From positions 44,017,740 to 44,081,739 of the forward strand of contig NC_083401.1 in NCBI RefSeq assembly GCF_020745735.1: a DNA stretch of 64,000 nucleotides. The letters run 5' to 3'. Below are positions 52,296-64,000 of the stretch, piece after piece. This DNA comes from Hemiscyllium ocellatum (Eukaryota). The stretch's first letter is position 1. Every line of letters starts with the position of its first letter. Under the pieces are notes generated by a model. The model did no database searches. It was not told the DNA's origin and saw only the letters and a list, made by a program, of their open reading frames with translations. The position numbers were made by a program, and so were the translations under genes.

Positions 52296-52450
52296 CAAGA
52301 GTCACATGACACCAGGTTATAGTCCAACAAGTTTATTTGAAATCAGAAGCTTTCAGAAAGCTTGTGATTTCAAATAAACCTATTGGACTATAACTTGGCA
52401 TTGTCTGACTTCTGACTTTATCCACCCCAGTTCAACACCCAGCACCTCCA
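52296..52450. mobile_element. Fold-back PLE mini-element, family C
   Basis: Inverted CCAGGTTATAGTCCAAC arms; 15-bp TSD 52281-52295 / 52451-52465 (1 mismatch). Confidence 0.85.
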
Positions 52451-52729
52451 CTTCTTGAGTGTTGTTGGAGCTGCACTCATTCAGGCATATGGGGAGTCAT
52501 CCATCACACTCCTGACCTCTAATTTGTGAATGGTGTACACGCTTTGGGGAGTTAGGAGATGAGCTAGTCCACTTTGATTTCTGTCAATGGTAACCCTTGG
52601 GATGTTGATAGTGGGGATTCAGCAACAATAATGCTATTGAATGTCGATTATTAGGTTATGCTCTGTTGAAGATGATCATTGCCTGGCAGGTAATGTGACT
52701 GGTCACTTACCTGCCCAAACCTAGATACT

Positions 52730-52954
52730 AGGAGAAATGAGGACTGCAGAAGCTGGAGATCAGAGTCAAGAGTGGGGTGCTGGAAAAGCACAGCAATTCA
52801 GGAAGCACCCAAGGAGCAGGAGAATTGACATTTCAGGCAAGAGCCCTTCATCAGGAATAAGCTCATTCCTGATAAAGGGCTCTTGCCGGAAACGTCCGTT
52901 CTCCTGCTTCTTGGGTGCTGCCTGACCTGCTGTGCTTTTCCAGCACCCCACTCT
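52730..52954. mobile_element. Fold-back PLE mini-element, family A, with two inverted hammerhead relics
   Basis: Inverted arms; perfect 14-bp TSD CAAACCTAGATACT (52716-52729 / 52955-52968). Confidence 0.9.
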
Positions 52955-54511
52955 CAAACCTAGATACTGCCCAGGTCTTGAAGCATTTAGACATGGACTG
53001 CTTCCCTATCTCAGGAAAATAGGTTTTTTGCCACTCCCTATAATATTCTTGTCTCATCAGCAAAAACTTTGGTGAAAATCAGACATTTTTGTTCTCAATG
53101 ACAGTATCAATTTTCTGATCTTTTCATATTTTCCAAACTGCTTCATCATTTCTCATATCATTCCTGAGCTGGGTAGGTATCACCTCACCAGTCTGTGGAA
53201 GGCAGGGTGATGGATGTTTTTTGTGCATAGAAGTACATACTAGGTATCTTGATAATAAATTGCTAACCAATAACTGTTAGCTTGTGCCAATTTAGAAACC
53301 GTGACATCTAAAAAATTTATACTCCCAGGCCTGCTGAGAATCTCCTGTTTTTTTCTTTTTCTTCCAGCAATCTAGTAGTCTTTTTAACTATTCTGTCCCC
53401 GGATGTCCTCTGTATCTGGTTTCTTACACTGAATTAGATCAAAAAATTCTCTCATCATCCACATGGTTCCTATAACTTCCTACCATTTATAGAATATCTA
53501 TAATAGAGGATGAACTAAATCAGCATTTAAAAAGTTAATTCATTTCCTTCAATATGGATTTTTTTCATATATGATCAGCAATATAACTTTGGTTTTACCT
53601 ATGCATCTATCCCGGTATATGGTAATGCTGGTGATGGGATGTGTCATGCATGTGTCGTGGGCAGCAGGGGTGACAGGTTTATAGAACTGTGTTCTCTCTC
53701 TTCACGTACATAAGTATATTTAAATCTAAAAATCATATAGATTGCCTGCACCACTTGCACACCCTAAACCCCCCTTCCCCTTTCTCCCACAGGTATTCCT
53801 CTTTCGTTATATTTACCTTTGAAATATTGGCAAGAAGCAAATTTCTATGAATAATCTTATACACTGTCCTAAGCTTTGAAGCTATTGATGTGACACATTC
53901 TGCAGAAAAAGGAATAATAACCTGATCACTGCTGTCAGGTCAAATCACACTGTACACCTGTATTGTTTCTTCCCCAAGAGCAATGCTAAAGACAGCATAA
54001 CATAGAGATAAGGAAGTGCTCACACTACATGTAGTAAATATAGGATTATGCCGAATCAAGAGCTTGTGAAATTATGTCGCACTTCAGTGATGAACCTCAG
54101 GCTGATATAATGTTTTTGCTGGCTGATTTGTGTTGAATGAACGCTCTCTCTGAACTGATGATTTCTACTACTGGGAAGCTATTTCTCTGCTTACACTCAG
54201 AATCAATTGCCAAAGCAATTCTGTAACTTCAAACAATTTTTAAAATGCTATTGAGATTTTCTTCTTTTTAGTTTGGTTTCTGTTAACTCAATTGCGTGAA
54301 ACACAGGTTCAAAATTAGTAAACCTGAAGCAAAGGAGACTGAGGTTTATTTTCTTTTCCTCAAGTTAAAGCGACAGCAAACAAATGTTTGATCAAAATGG
54401 TCAGAATTTTGTCAGTAATATCCTTTCAATGGGAACCAGATGAAAAATAGATTGTGAACAGGATCAAAAATATAGGGATAAGTACAAAATGAGATACCCA
54501 AATATCCTAAC

Positions 54512-54652
54512 AAGCAGAAAACTAGAGATTGCTGGAAAAACTCAACAGGTCTGGCAACATCTGTGGAGACAAAGCAGAGTTAACGCTTCAGGTACAGTAA
54601 CCCTTCTTCAGTTCTGTTTTTGTTTCTGATTTCCAGTATCTGCAGTTCTGCT
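54512..54652. mobile_element. PLE mini-element, family B
   Basis: CTGGAAAAACTCAACAGGTCTGGCAACATCTGTGGAG..CCCTTCTTCAG; minus CUGAAGA..GAAGCGUUAAC. Confidence 0.7.
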
Positions 54653-55014
54653 GTCTTCAAGTTCACCTTGATCTGGAGACCCACTTGCTGCTCACTCAAC
54701 TTTATTTTCACTAAACTGTCGAACATCCCATTCCCCTTTCTGAATCTCCATGTTAGCTGATCATGTGAACAACATTCTTGAGCCATCAAAAAATATTATT
54801 TTTTTAAAAATATCACAACTAATTTAAAAAAATGCTATGAAGGTCTGTGTCAAATGACTCCACTTGAGATGGGCTCAGATGAATAGCTCAATCAACTGAT
54901 CATTTGATTCATCTGTGAGAGAGGGAATTTAATTCATCCATTCCTTTCTGCTCATTTAGATACAGGTACATATTATTCAAGGGCATCAGCACCATATGGA
55001 GTTAAGATGAGAAG

Positions 55015-55321
55015 ATGGTCAACGTGCCAAAGACTTGGACGATGTTCTGCAAGAAAGGTCACAAGCACCATCCACATTAAGTTACCCAATATGAGAATGA
55101 AAAGGATTCCTTGCGTACACAGTGTAATAAGCATTATGACAGGAAGCAGAGTGATGATGGTGAACAGACAAAACCTATATTTCAAATAAAGGCTAGGACC
55201 ACACAGAAAGTTGTGCAAAGACTGGTGTTTGTGGAGCTCAACTCTCAATCAGAGAGAGAAAATGCAAGCAATTTGAGCTGGGAGGAGACAACAAAATGAA
55301 TGGCCAAATCATCTGTTCTAA
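55015..55321 (+). pseudogene. RPL36A: Processed pseudogene of ribosomal protein L36a (eL42)
   Basis: [75 protein letters not shown], then after a frameshift [18 protein letters not shown]; intron-less, stop at 55078-55080. Confidence 0.92.
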
Positions 55322-55814
55322 GCTGTAGATTTTGTATTCTTTGGAGAAAAAATTCACTTAAAATTAAGGAAAGCACAAGATTGCAATAACTTCTCTGGAA
55401 TGAAACAATGGGCTGAAAATTATACTGAGGTCTAGCTCCACACACCCAGGGTAAATTTCGGGAGTCAGCACACATCTGCTTAGCCAGCTTGATAGTTTTA
55501 TCTTTTAAGGTAATGGATCTTTAATGTGGGACATCTGTCCATCTCCAGGAGAATATCCTGAATCATAGGACTGCTGGCCATGAGTGCTGTGGGTAGACAA
55601 GGGGGTGGGATTCAGCAACCAACCTAAGCATTGGATAAATCCAGGAACCCACTGAGACCAGGCTGACAAACTCCTGAAAGTGGATTGGACAAACATGTGG
55701 ACTCTACAAGGTCATCCTTCATAGAATGAGTGAATTTTACAGTAGAAGGAGGCCATTCAACCCATTGTGCCTGTACCAGCTCCATCAAGAGCTGCCTAGC
55801 TAGGCCCATTCTCC

Positions 55815-56210
55815 AGTTCCATGTATTCGGAAAGGCAAGGAGTGATTATGGATAGACAACATGGCTTTGTGGGTGGAAAATCATGTCTCATTAACTTGAT
55901 TGCATTTTTTGAAGAAGTAACGAAGAAAATTGATGAGGGCAGAGCGGTGGACGTGATCCATATGGATTTTAGTAAGGCATTTGACAAGATTCCTCATGGT
56001 AGAATGGTTAGCAAGGTGAGATCACATGGTATACGGGGAGAACTAGCCATTTGGATACATAACTGGCTTGAAGGTAGAAGACAGAGGGTGGTGGTGGAGG
56101 GTTGTTTTTGGAACTGGAGACCTGTGACCAGTAGTATGCCATGAGGATTGGTGCTAGGTCCACTGCTTTTCGTCATTTAGATATATGACTTGATGTGAAC
56201 CTCGGAGATT
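55815..56210 (+). mobile_element. CR1 RT fragment
   Basis: QHGFVGGKSCLINLIAFFEEV..DFSKAFDKIPH..WLEGRRQRV. Confidence 0.92.
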
Positions 56211-56224
56211 TAGTTACTCTTGCT

Positions 56225-56550
56225 GGCAATCTTAAAATTGTAACCCCTTGTTATTGACATACCAACTAGTGGATACAGAATATCCTTCTTTACCCCGTCA
56301 AGATTACTTATAATTGTTAATTCTTCAATAAGGTCAACTCTTAATTTTTGTCTGCTCCAAGGAGAATAAGCGTCGTTTCTCTAATCTTTCCTTGGATCCA
56401 AAATCCCTCATTCCTGATTCCATTCTAGTAAATCTCCTTTGCACTCTCTCCAAGGTTTTGACAATCTTCCTTAATTAAAGACCCAAAAACGGAACACCAT
56501 AATTGACCAATAATTGAGGTGTAGCATCACCTCTTTGCTTTTATACTCTC
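56225..56550 (-). mobile_element. Old CR1 fragment
   Basis: Minus TLERVQRRFTRM..LILLG motif. Confidence 0.7.
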
Positions 56551-58269
56551 AGCTGTGGGAGCAAGGTAGATATAGGGAGGTAAAGCTATGAGGTGGGGTC
56601 TCCAATTCCCAAAGAGGGATCGTGAAGGAGAGACATGCTAATTGCCCTGACTGTAGTTTCTGGGTTAAACTTATTGGTCTGCAGGACAAGCATAGGCATA
56701 TTCTGAGCTCATCATATTGGAGCAGGAGCAGGACTGACCCCTTTAATTGAACGTCATTTGCCCAATTAAAGGCCTCGGTCGAAAAACACCCAAATTATCA
56801 GCCACCATATAAGTCAGAGGTGGTGGGTGCTGATTGATAACATAGCACTCCAATTTCCACATGCACCCATCTGTTTTCTTGCCTGTGGGTGGCCCAGAAT
56901 ATCAGATTTTGGATGTGGCACCACAACTATTTATGGTAAGCTTCTAGCTTTTCGTGATAATTTTCCCATAGTTTGGAAAAGTTTATTAAGCAGCAGCCTG
57001 TACTTTGGATATGGTGCATTAGTTAATTAGACATAAGAAGTATATGACGAATGATAATTGAGGGCGGTTCACTATTAACAAAAGATGAACAGATGGTTGG
57101 CACAGAATGCGCTAATCTCAGTAACTTGTGAATACAGCATCCTCTAGATGAAGTGTTCCAGGGTCCTCCTCCTCCTTTGCTGGTCCCTCTTCCATTTGAA
57201 GATAGCATCAGTCTGGTAAGCAGTGCCACGCAACGAGGCCTGCCCACTGACTCATCTTTATTTTTAGATGCTGTTAGTTTGAGGCTTTCCTTCTAATGAA
57301 TAGATAACATGAACCAGATATCAGAATGGACATCTTCCATGACACTCAGCTCCCAGCATAAGGTCAGTTTTCATTGTGCCAAGAACATCTCCTGGCTCTT
57401 TCCAAACACTTGCACGATAAGGGGTGCACTACCTATCACCACGGAGTGTAGCATGGCATCCTAACTGAAGTGACCTCGATGCATCCAGTGGATCTTTTCA
57501 AACTTGTACATGCTGTTGCAAAAAGAGATAAATCAAGATCATATTCATTACTTTCCTAAGTTATTAACTAAATAGAAAATACCAGATAAATTTCTTACAA
57601 AAAAATCTCAGCAAAATGTGTGTGAAGGAACATTCTTTGGATTTGAATGTAATTTTGAAGCAGCATTTTGAGCCTTATCAAGGCAAAACTTTGTCAGGAT
57701 AAAGAATGTAATGGTTTGACTACAATTTTATTATAAAAATTACGAAAGAATGCAAAGAAGAACACTTAAATTACAGATAAATCATAAATTTACACTTAAT
57801 TGACAGGACCCCCAGTTTGTCACGAGGCGACACTCAGTTTCATATTTACATCTTGCTTCTGCGTTGAGGGCATTATCGATCATGTTTCATGATGTCTTTC
57901 AATACGGCTTCCTCACTTAACTCCTTGGGTAGTGACGTGATGAGTGAAATATGCTGTAACAATGAAAATCAGAAAAAAAGAGAATGATTAAGCAAGGAGC
58001 TATTTCAAATCTTGTAAACAAGGTAGTGAAGTAACATCCAATAAATGACAAAACCAGAAAATCTGTCTGGAAAATAAAGCAGCAGCTTAAAGTAAGAAGT
58101 CTTTATTAGTTATTACCTTTGACAGCGGTTAACTTTCTTGGTGAGTTCATGGGCTTTATCCTGGACAACCATAGTCTGCACTGCTGAATGTGAGCACTTT
58201 CTCAATTGAAAACTCTTCTCCACCCTCCTCCTGTATTTGTTCAGGATCTGGAGTGTGCTGAGTGCACAC

Positions 58270-58580
58270 TCAATTTCCCTCTCCCCAGATACTGTCTCAA
58301 CCTCCAGTCTCTTTCTTTCCTCCTCTGCAGTCTTTTCCTTTCCTCCTCCCCAGTTTCTCGCTTTCACTGAAGTCTGTTTATTGCCATTCCCTGACCCTCG
58401 CTCTCTCCCAAGTTTCCTTCTCCCCTCCTCATCTCCCTTATGTCTTACTCTCTGCACACATTCCCAGTATCTTTCTCCACCTCTCCCCAATCTCTGCCAC
58501 CTCTCTTCCAGTTTCTCTGCATCATGCCCCCTCGCCCCAGTCCCACTTTACAACCTGCAGCCTCACTTTTCCTCCATTAC
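58270..58580. repeat. Pyrimidine-rich low-complexity tract
   Basis: CT-rich composition; overlapping ORFs are S/P/L/F-biased. Confidence 0.75.
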
Positions 58581-58822
58581 CCAAGTCAGGCCTGGACCAG
58601 AACTGAGAAGCTTCTCACAAACTCCCCCCCAACCTATTAATCTCATTCAAATATCGAGCACATTTTCCCTTCACCTCCAGGAGGAAGAGAGAACTCTCTG
58701 TTACTGCTCCCATGAGTATGAATCTTCCTTGACAGCTTGATATCAGCAGTTCGTGGAATAATTGTGTCTAGCACCTTATGCAACTTAGCAGCATTTATGA
58801 AGGAGACCACAACATATGCTGT

Positions 58823-59097
58823 AGATTAGATTACTTACTGTGTGGAAACAGGCCCGCCAAAGTGCAACCCACCCAGACCCATTCCCCTTAATTTACCCCT
58901 TCACCTAACACTATGGGCAATTTAGCATGGCCAATTCACCTAACCTGCACATTTTCTTTTGGATTGTAGGAGGAAACTGGAGCACCCGGAGGAGAATGTG
59001 CAAACTCCACACTGAGAGTCGCCTGAGGCGGGAATTGAACCCAGGTCTCTGACGCTGTGAGGCAACAGTGCTAACCACTGTGCCACCGTGCCGCCCA
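58823..59097 (-). mobile_element. HE1-type V-SINE
   Basis: GGCGGCACGGTGGCACAGTGGTTAG head; ATTAG tail; CTGTA flank duplication. Confidence 0.9.
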
Positions 59098-60109
59098 CTG
59101 TACTGTCTTGTGTAAAACCCAAGCAAACCACATGGAGAGTGTGTCACTTCAAGGGCATTTCGCCAAGATCATATGAAGAAATGTGGCTACCATGTCAGAT
59201 CCTGTGTTTTTCACAGATCTTAAGCATTAATCTATTGTAGTCTATCTTGTCTGGATTCAACATGTTGAGGAAATAAATACGGAGCATCCAAACTTCATCA
59301 CTGTCGATAATCACAAAGATCTGTACACATACTGAGAGAATGTCTAGCATCAAGGATTGACAGAAGTTTCCATGGGTGATACAAATCATCTAATGTTGAC
59401 GATGTACCAAAAAACCCCTGTTACTCAAATGTGTATAACTCTGTGTCTGAATCCACAGATCTTGGCAAACTTTTTACAATTTTCTGAGAAACTAACAGTG
59501 TAATGGTCATCGTACACTTCAATACAATGAAGCTTGGCCCATCTCTCTCTCTCCAAATTCAAATGGCAAAGAGTCAGCTTGAGCACCCATGATCAGATAT
59601 TGCTTCACCATATCAGTTATTACAGTGCATTGCACCACTCTCCCCCAGCAAAAATTCCCCACTGTCCCAGAATAACCCCAGGTAAGAAGGACAACCCAAA
59701 CTTTCACTGAATTTTACTTCTTCATTAAACTGCCCTCCTCATGTCTTCCACTGTCACTGCCGTATCCAAGCACAGAGGTCTTAAATTCCATGCTTCTGGT
59801 GACATTTCCTCTTTCGTCAATCATATGCCTTGATCTCCATCCCAGTTAGCTCTGATCATCCATCACTGAATTTTTTCTTTCATCTCAATGAAGTACATCA
59901 CCATTTCAGGCTAACCATTTTCCCAATATTTTAAATAAATACTAGTAAGAACAGGATGGTAAAATGTTCTTAGAGGCTGAACAGCGACTTTCTCAGGTTC
60001 CTTTTCAGGTTCAGCAATCTGAGATCAATATTATTTGTTGCACTGCTGCTGCTGCTGTGCTAGTTTACCACAGGGATTTGTGTGGATTTTCTGTTGTATA
60101 CAGCTCATG

Positions 60110-60600
60110 ATCACTTCTGTACTCTAAGGACAATGCTCCCAGTTTCTCCAATCTCTCTACATAGCGAAGACCCTCAAACCTGGTACTATTCTGATAAATC
60201 TCCTCTGCACCCTTTCTGTGGGCATGAATCATTCCTTAAGTCCTTAGATTGAACATTGTGCACTCACTGAACAGAACCTAGCTACTTATATATGTTCACC
60301 ATACATCATTGATTTAGTCATCTTTTCCTCAGTTTATAAAGCCCAGAATCCCATATATCTTTTTAACAGTATTATCATGTTGTGCCGCTTTTAAAGATTT
60401 GTGTATGTAAACCACTGGAGCTCTGTCTTTCTGCACTCCTTTTAAAATTATACCGTTTAATTAATCATTCTTTTCTTTCATGACATCATATCACAATTCT
60501 TGCATTAAATTTCATCTTCTATGTGCCCATTTTTATTCTCCTGAAACCTGCCACCGTACTCCTCACTGTTTGCAATTTATCTAACGTCTTGACATCATGT
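60110..60600 (-). mobile_element. Old CR1 fragment
   Basis: Minus EKVQRRFIRIVPGLRVF..ERLEKLGALSLE. Confidence 0.7.
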
Positions 60601-62064
60601 TTCTTTTGCAGACCATTACAGTATGATAACAAAGAATTAGAAGTGCCTGTGGAACATGATTGTATATTCCCTCCCATCCGATGAACAAGACCCCATTACT
60701 CTTTACTTCCCAACTGGCTATATACCATTCAATCATCCAGCGAGTTATGGGTCTTGTATTTAGACTAACTTTCCATCTGGTTATCTTTGTTGTCTTAGAA
60801 GTTTCTTTTATTCTGGACTCTTTCTTGGACCGCACAGTGGAGTCTTTGTTCACTTTTGACTGTTTTCTCTAACTTTAATAGTGGAAGACAAATAAGATAA
60901 ATAGCCTACTCTTGCTCTTATTTCTTATGAAAACAAAGAATTGAACATATTTTTCTTAGTGCAAAAAGAAAGCAATGAATAGTTGTAGCAGAAGTAACCT
61001 TATAATAAATACAACCTTGAACCTCTCTGCATTATTAAATCCTGTGAAATGGCTAGAATAAGAATAATAAAACTTGTGTAGCCCAGATTAGAACCAGAAA
61101 GGGGAAAATTGCATGCAACCTATCAAGTATAAATAGTATGCATGAGTATTTCTAAGTGTTGAAACAAGACAATACAAACCATGGAAATATAATAAACTGA
61201 CCCAGAGCAATGCATAAATCTTGACACCAGCCCAGAAGTCAATGCCTGCACATAAACACTGCACATTAAAGAAAGAGCACAAAAGTAAAACTCCATGGGA
61301 TATAAACTGGAATGCATTGCACTTGCATCTTTAATATGTTACAGATTCATACCATACAGCAATGGGGTAAGCTTGCACTGATTCTATGAGGTGCCTTTAT
61401 TTTTAGGTGCCTTGTTAATACTGTATCTTCTATTGGAATCAGAAGTATTGCTGAATAGGCTGGGCCAGGTGTCCATAGGTTTAACAAAGGGACTAATTCA
61501 TGTACCGAATACATTGAACATAATGGCTGTGACGGTAATACTGATGATATGTCTGAAAACTGTGAAGTAATTCTACTGTAACTTTGTCCAAAATCCCATT
61601 GCATTCAGATGACCATCAATCATTGAACTGTTTGGCATCAGGTCTTCCATCCCAATAAGGATGGTCAATTGGAAGGCTGTCAATGTTTCAGTCTCAGCAG
61701 GTGCAGTTTAACATTAGCCCAGACCCTTGGGATGCTACATTTGAATATAATACTTAGCTGTAATAAATGTCGAGTAGATTTGGCAGTATCACAATATCCA
61801 CTTCCAGTTTCTTATATCTTGGGAGAGAATAAAAGTGTTGTTGCATCAAGTAAAATATCCTGTTGGAGGCAAATTCACATATAGGGGATTCAAGTGGCCA
61901 TCCATAATGTACTTCAACACATTGGTGTTGGATATTTGGAAAACTAATTGAAGTCCAACCAGACAAAACTTTGGAAAACAGAGGATTCTAACAAAGAGAA
62001 AATTTTGCATGTTCCTGAAGTAAGGATGCTGTACATATCTGTTAGTAGAGCATTAACCAACAAA

Positions 62065-62720
62065 AGACAATGTTTGAAAGGGTTCAGAAAAGATTTACAA
62101 GAATGTTGCTGGTGTTGAAGGTTTGAGCTATAGAGGGAGGCTGAATTGGTTGGATCTGTTTTCCCTGGAGTGTCGGAGGCTGAGCAGTGACCTATTAGAG
62201 GTTTATAAAATCATGAGAGGCAAGGATGGGGTAAATAGATAAAGTCTTTTCCTGGGGTAGAGGAGTCCAGAACTAGAAGGCATAGGTTTAAAGTGAGAGG
62301 GGAAAGATTTAAAAGGCGCCTAAGGGGCAACTTTTCAACGCAGAGGGTGGTAGGTGTATGGAATGAGCTGCCAGAGGAATTGGTGGAACTGAAAATGTGT
62401 TGCTGGTTAAAGTACAGCAGGTTAGGCAGCATCCAAGGAACAGGATGCCTAACCTGCTGTGCTTTAACCAGCAACACATTTTCAGCTCTGATCTCCAGCA
62501 TCTGCAGACCTCACTTTTTACTAGAGGAGTTGGTGGAGGCTGGTATAATTACAGCATTTAAAAGACATCTGGATGGGTATATGAATAGGAAGGGTTCAGA
62601 GGGATACGGGCCAGGTGCTGGCAAATGGGACTAGATTATGGGACAATATCTAGTCAGCATGGATGAGTTGGACTGAAGTGTTTATTTCTATGCTATACAT
62701 CTCTATGACTATGATTCTAA
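62065..62720 (+). mobile_element. CR1 3' end
   Basis: ERVQKRFTRML..RGERFKRRLRGNFSTQRVVGVWNELPEE..KWD. Confidence 0.92.
62388..62522. mobile_element. Fold-back PLE mini-element, family A, inside CR1
   Basis: Inverted arms; 15-bp TSD 62373-62387 / 62523-62537 (1 mismatch). Confidence 0.9.
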
Positions 62721-62809
62721 AAGACAGAGCTAATTTCTTTTGTTTGGAATGGCAGATTCCTTCAAGAGAAAATATATTTCAAAGATTGACTCAATAAAAA
62801 TAAATGAAA

Positions 62810-63262
62810 AAGTAGCACTTCACTTAGCTATGAGGAAAGATTGAACAAACTTGGTTTGTTTACACTTGAACATTGAGACTGAGAGATGACCTGTTGAAGG
62901 TTACAAAATTATGAGAGACATGGATAGAATGGATTGTCTTTGTCCGGGGGTAGAAATGTCAGTTACTAAGCAACATAGGTGTAAGGTAAAGGCAGATAAT
63001 TTTAAATGAGATGTGAGAGGCAATTTGTTTTACACAGAGTGTGGTAAGTGCCTGAAATGCACTTCTAGAGGAGATGGCAAAAGCAGATACAAGAGCAATG
63101 TTTAAGAGGCCGCTTGACAGATACATGGATTGGCAGGAAAGAGAGAAATGCAGAATGTGCAGAGGCAAAAGGTTTTTATTTTAGAAATGTGTCATGTGTC
63201 AGTGCAGTCTTGATGGGTCAAAGGGCCTGTTCCAGTGCTGTACTGTTTTATGTTCTTTGTTT
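62810..63262 (+). mobile_element. CR1 3' end
   Basis: YEERLNKLGLFTLEH.RLRDDL..FTQSVVSA. Confidence 0.85.
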
Positions 63263-63337
63263 AGTTTTGAGCTCAGACACAGTGTAACGCATGAAAGAGA
63301 TCTTAGAGGCCCTTAGGGAGGGAATTCTAGGATTTTA

Positions 63338-63487
63338 GGATTCTGGATCAGTGGTGCTGGAAGAGAAGGACTTTTGCCCGAAACGTCGATTTCACTGCTC
63401 GTTGAAGCTGCCTGAACTGCTGTGCTCTTCCAGCACCACTGATCCAGAATCTTGTTTCCAGCATCTGCAGTCATTGTTTTTACCTTT
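63338..63487. mobile_element. PLE mini-element, family A, inside a CR1-clade fragment
   Basis: TTTTGCCCGAAACGTCGA; perfect 14-bp TSD ATTCTAGGATTTTA (63324-63337 / 63488-63501). Confidence 0.88.
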
Positions 63488-63754
63488 ATTCTAGGATTTT
63501 AACCCAGCAACGGTGAAGGAACGGCAATACATTTACCGAGTCAGGGTCGTGAATGACTTGGAGGGGAGTTTGCAAGTGGTGGTGTTCCCATGCATCTGCT
63601 GCCGCATCCAAGTCATTACTCCTTATTGTAAATAATTGTGGCAACAGACTAAAGTACACTGGCTAACTGTTTTAAAACATGTATATTAAGTGGGGAGCGA
63701 CCCATATCACTATCCATACTCAACTAATTCAGCAGGACATATGGTACATATTAC

Positions 63755-64000
63755 AAAGAACAAAGAAGAACAAGGAAAATTTACAGCCCAGGAACAGGCC
63801 CTTCAGCCCTCCAAGCCTGAGCCAATCCAAATGTACTGTCTAAACCTGTCGGTCAATTCCTAAGCATCTGTATCCCTCTACTCCCGACCTATTCATGAAT
63901 TTATCCAAACGCATCTTAAATGAATCTGCCATGCCTGCCTCTATCAGCTCTGCTGGCAACGTGTTCCACCACCCTCTGTGTGAAGTACTTGCTGCATGTA
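63755..64000 (-). mobile_element. CR1 3' end, running off the window
   Basis: GAACAAA tail repeats; minus YFTQRVV..LPAEL.EAGMADSFKMRLD. Confidence 0.85.

Larger units (their letters stand above)
51945..53015 (-). mobile_element. CR1-clade LINE 3' fragment (second family) with two PLE mini-insertions
   Basis: Minus VRSVMDDSPYA.MSAAPTTLKK motif; homologous to 22590-23660. Confidence 0.75.

Noticed and set aside
54087-54158. C/D snoRNA-like GTGATGA...CTGA spanning about 72 nt
   Set aside because: No canonical terminal stem and only a short possible rRNA complement; compatible with chance
58113-58740. Long ORFs (125 and 167 aa) and a chromodomain-like GGEEFSIEKVL peptide
   Set aside because: The ORFs arise from a CT-rich low-complexity tract, and the peptide similarity ends at once in a stop
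59150-59710. Minus-strand protein-like frames (LNPDKIDYNRLML; EVYDDHYTVSFSENCKKF)
   Set aside because: Frames are inconsistent, with no splice structure or recognisable family
61340-62000. Protein-like snippets (SCTEYIEHNGCDGNTDD; DGHLN twice on minus)
   Set aside because: Cysteine spacing fits neither Kunitz nor LDLa domains, and stops occur in all frames

Overview
Repeat-dense, non-genic vertebrate DNA, almost certainly from a shark or other elasmobranch (HE1-type V-SINEs with (TAATC)n tails, HER1/CR1 LINEs). No intact host protein-coding gene is recognisable. The window is a nest of decayed CR1 LINEs, Rex1/Babar LINEs, L2 3' ends, tRNA-derived SINEs, two Penelope-like element (PLE) relics with GIY-YIG endonuclease fragments, a solo LTR, a gag-protease relic and probable Harbinger relics. 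There are two host-gene retrocopies: an intron-less internal DDX5 fragment (39811-40131) and a decayed RPL36A pseudogene (55015-55321) that the ORF track only partly shows. The most striking structure is a set of about 20 short PLE-terminus-derived insertions from three sequence families. Many are fold-back palindromes, many carry minimal hammerhead-ribozyme cores with covarying stems, and nine are flanked by 10-17 bp target-site duplications (TSDs). A locally templated inverted insertion (19199-19377, copied from 20401-20584) is also present. All calls were made by eye and repeat boundaries are approximate.
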